DNA of 64,000 nt from Callorhinchus milii (lineage: Eukaryota). Shown here piece after piece: positions 62,129 to 64,000 of this stretch. Under the pieces are notes generated by a model, which saw only the letters and a list, made by a program, of their open reading frames with translations, was not told the origin of the DNA and ran no database searches. The translations under genes and the position numbers were made by a program. The stretch is taken from contig NW_024704743.1 in assembly GCF_018977255.1 (NCBI RefSeq), positions 43,402,001 through 43,466,000 on the forward strand. Direction: 5' to 3'. Numbering within the stretch: position 1 is the first letter of the stretch; every line of letters starts with the position of its first letter.

Positions 62129-62870
62129 ATTCACTCACTGACCCTGACTCCAAAACATTGGCCACATGACTGCAAGAAGCTTTTTCCTGTTAAGATTGTG
62201 CTAAGATTTTTCATTTTAAGGACTGAGATCCCAATCTATGCTTTATTTCAAAAGACACGTACTGAAAATATCTATCTATAAATTATAATCTCCCAGGGAA
62301 AACAACAACTTTCATTTATATAACGCCATTCAAATTGGATAATGTCTCGGAGTTCTTAACAATGAAGGAGTTGGATGCTGAGCAAGGGAGATTGAGAGGT
62401 GGGTGGAGGGGTGGGGGGGAAGGGGGTGGAGACGGAGGTGACCGTGATTGAAGATATGGAGAGTTAGGGAGTATTTGCCAGACATAAACACATTTGCAGT
62501 GTATCCTGTGAAATGTTTTGAGACGTCTCAATGATATGCTAAGGTGCTATATCAAATTTAAAGATTATTGTGGTACTGCAGGTGGTATATCATCTTAGCA
62601 ACATCTCTCTGGCAGCCACCCTGACACTTTTACCATTGTCAATTTTGGACTAGCAGACGGTTTGAAGAACTGTGAAATCACAAATGAAGTTCAGATGAAG
62701 AAGTCCATTCGGCTGATTTGATCTCATCCTTCCAGTGTACCGACTCTACCTTCTTCCCTTAACAACAGCAACCTGTTTCTCAAATGAATCCAGTAGCGTG
62801 ATCTCTACCACCCTTCATCATAATCTGTTCCAGCTACCAGCTACCCTCTGCCCAAGGAAGTACTTCATGG

Positions 62871-62972
62871 TATAAAAACAGAAGCTGCTGAGAGCACGCA
62901 ATAGGTCAGGCATCAACTATGGAGAGAAGAAAATGAGTTGACGTTTCCGGTCTATGACCTTTCTTCAGAACT
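62871..62972 (-). mobile_element. Short Penelope-like element terminus / non-autonomous derivative
   Basis: Matches the recalled shark PLE terminal sequence (GTTCTGAAGAA.GGTCA..GACC.GAAACGT.AACTC...TCTCTCCA.AG.TG.TGCCTGACCT). Flanked by CTTCATGG (62863-62870) and CTTCCTGG (62973-62980). Confidence 0.75.
62936..62972 (-). ncRNA. Minimal type I hammerhead ribozyme motif
   Basis: AGUU-CUGAAGA-AA-GGUC-AUA-GACC-G-GAAA-CG-UC-AACU: stem I AGUU/AACU, catalytic core, stem II, palindromic ACGU stem III and a GUC cleavage triplet. Confidence 0.7.
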
Positions 62973-63273
62973 CTTCCTGGTGTCTGTCCTAGAAATAATT
63001 TTGCGCAACTCTGTACCTGTGTTCTCTTATATTGCTGCTTTGGTGTATCCTGAAGTATTGCTTTGGTTTACTTTCTCATTCTCATTTAATATATTCTATA
63101 CCTCATCAAGGCATTGAGACATTCTCATTACAAGGTTGAGGAGCTCTAAAGTATCTACTTTTCGCTTATAGCTCATACCACTGAAACTGAGCACCGGGCC
63201 GGTTGTTCTCCTACACATAGCCTGGGCAGCCCTGTGTGTTGGGGTGACCAGAACTGCGTGCAGTCCTCAAAGT

Positions 63274-63594
63274 AGAGTCCTGTAGCTCAGTGGTTAGAGC
63301 ACTCGCCTTGCAAGCGAGACACCTGGGTTCAATTCCAGGCAGGGCGAAACCTTAGGTAAGTTTCTTTACTCCACATGCCTAATAATAATCCTTCCGAAAA
63401 AACAAAACAATAATAAATTGGTCATTTTCAATCCACGACTGTATGTGGGACACTACTGTGCGCAATTGGCTGCCGCATTTCGCCTGCAAATATACAGTCA
63501 ATTCACTTTACAGCATATTCTGTGAAGCACTTTGAGATGTCTAGAAGACATGAAAAGCGCTATATCAAATGCAAGGATTATTATTATTATTATT
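63274..63594 (+). mobile_element. tRNA-Ala SINE, short class, full length
   Basis: Complete head, body and (ATT)n tail. Confidence 0.95.
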
Positions 63595-64000
63595 CTTAAG
63601 GTTCAGCCTAAACAGAGAACTACACAGGTTGAGCATGAATTCTGGGGGCATGAACTCAATTGAAGAAAATTGCTTCATTTAAACAATTAAAGTCAAATGA
63701 TACAAATGGAAGCAGCGTGCATCTCTGACTGCAATGAAGATCTATAGAACGGGCTGAATGTGCGCATTTGGATTATTGATTTTTCTTTTCTTGGTTTCAA
63801 AGGCACTTTAACGCCAATTATCTGGCCAGCTGTCACTCAGTGGTATACCTTCCTCCAAGCATGTGCTCATTCCCGAATATGCAGCTTACAAACCAGTAAC
63901 TATATGTGCAATTTAAAACAAAATCGAAAAAACAATGAAACAGAACTTCTCACAATCATCAGAATTGAGTAAGCACTACACTAACTTAAAGGAGACCATT

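Larger units (their letters stand above)
62690..63270 (-). mobile_element. CR1 ORF2/3' fragment, interrupted
   Basis: Minus strand LEDCTQFWSP and KYFLGQRVAGSWNRL, with a 3' tail near 62700. Confidence 0.78.

Noticed and set aside
1..64000. Prokaryotic systems (CRISPR array, operon, retron, defence island)
   Set aside because: There is no regularly spaced repeat-spacer array and no gene-dense organisation. The only RT is a eukaryotic L2 ORF2.

Overview
This is eukaryotic (vertebrate) genomic DNA that reads as intronic or intergenic. I found no host protein-coding gene, rRNA, genuine tRNA gene or CRISPR array. The repeat content points to a cartilaginous fish, most likely a holocephalan such as Callorhinchus milii (inferred from recalled family sequences, not from a search). 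Most of the annotatable sequence is retrotransposon-derived: (i) many LINE-2 fragments, including a young 2.7-kb 5'-truncated copy (34952-37658) whose ORF2 is broken only by two single-base frameshifts in C runs; (ii) a young tRNA-Ala-headed SINE in two length classes; (iii) an older DeuSINE (SacSINE1-like); (iv) CR1/HER1-type 3' ends. Much of the apparently unique DNA translates into very decayed DNA-transposon genes: two PIF/Harbinger transposases, two Harbinger Myb/SANT ORFs, two hAT transposases and possibly a piggyBac. The most unusual items are: a 532-bp element flanked by a target-site duplication (TSD) and built from 5-6 consecutive RNA hairpins between ~55-bp direct repeats (11298-11829); a 102-bp Penelope-type insertion with a minimal hammerhead ribozyme (62871-62972); an isolated pre-miRNA-sized palindrome (19379-19448); and an unidentified four-copy repeat family with an internal palindrome. 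Boundaries of old repeats are approximate, and all family names were assigned by eye.
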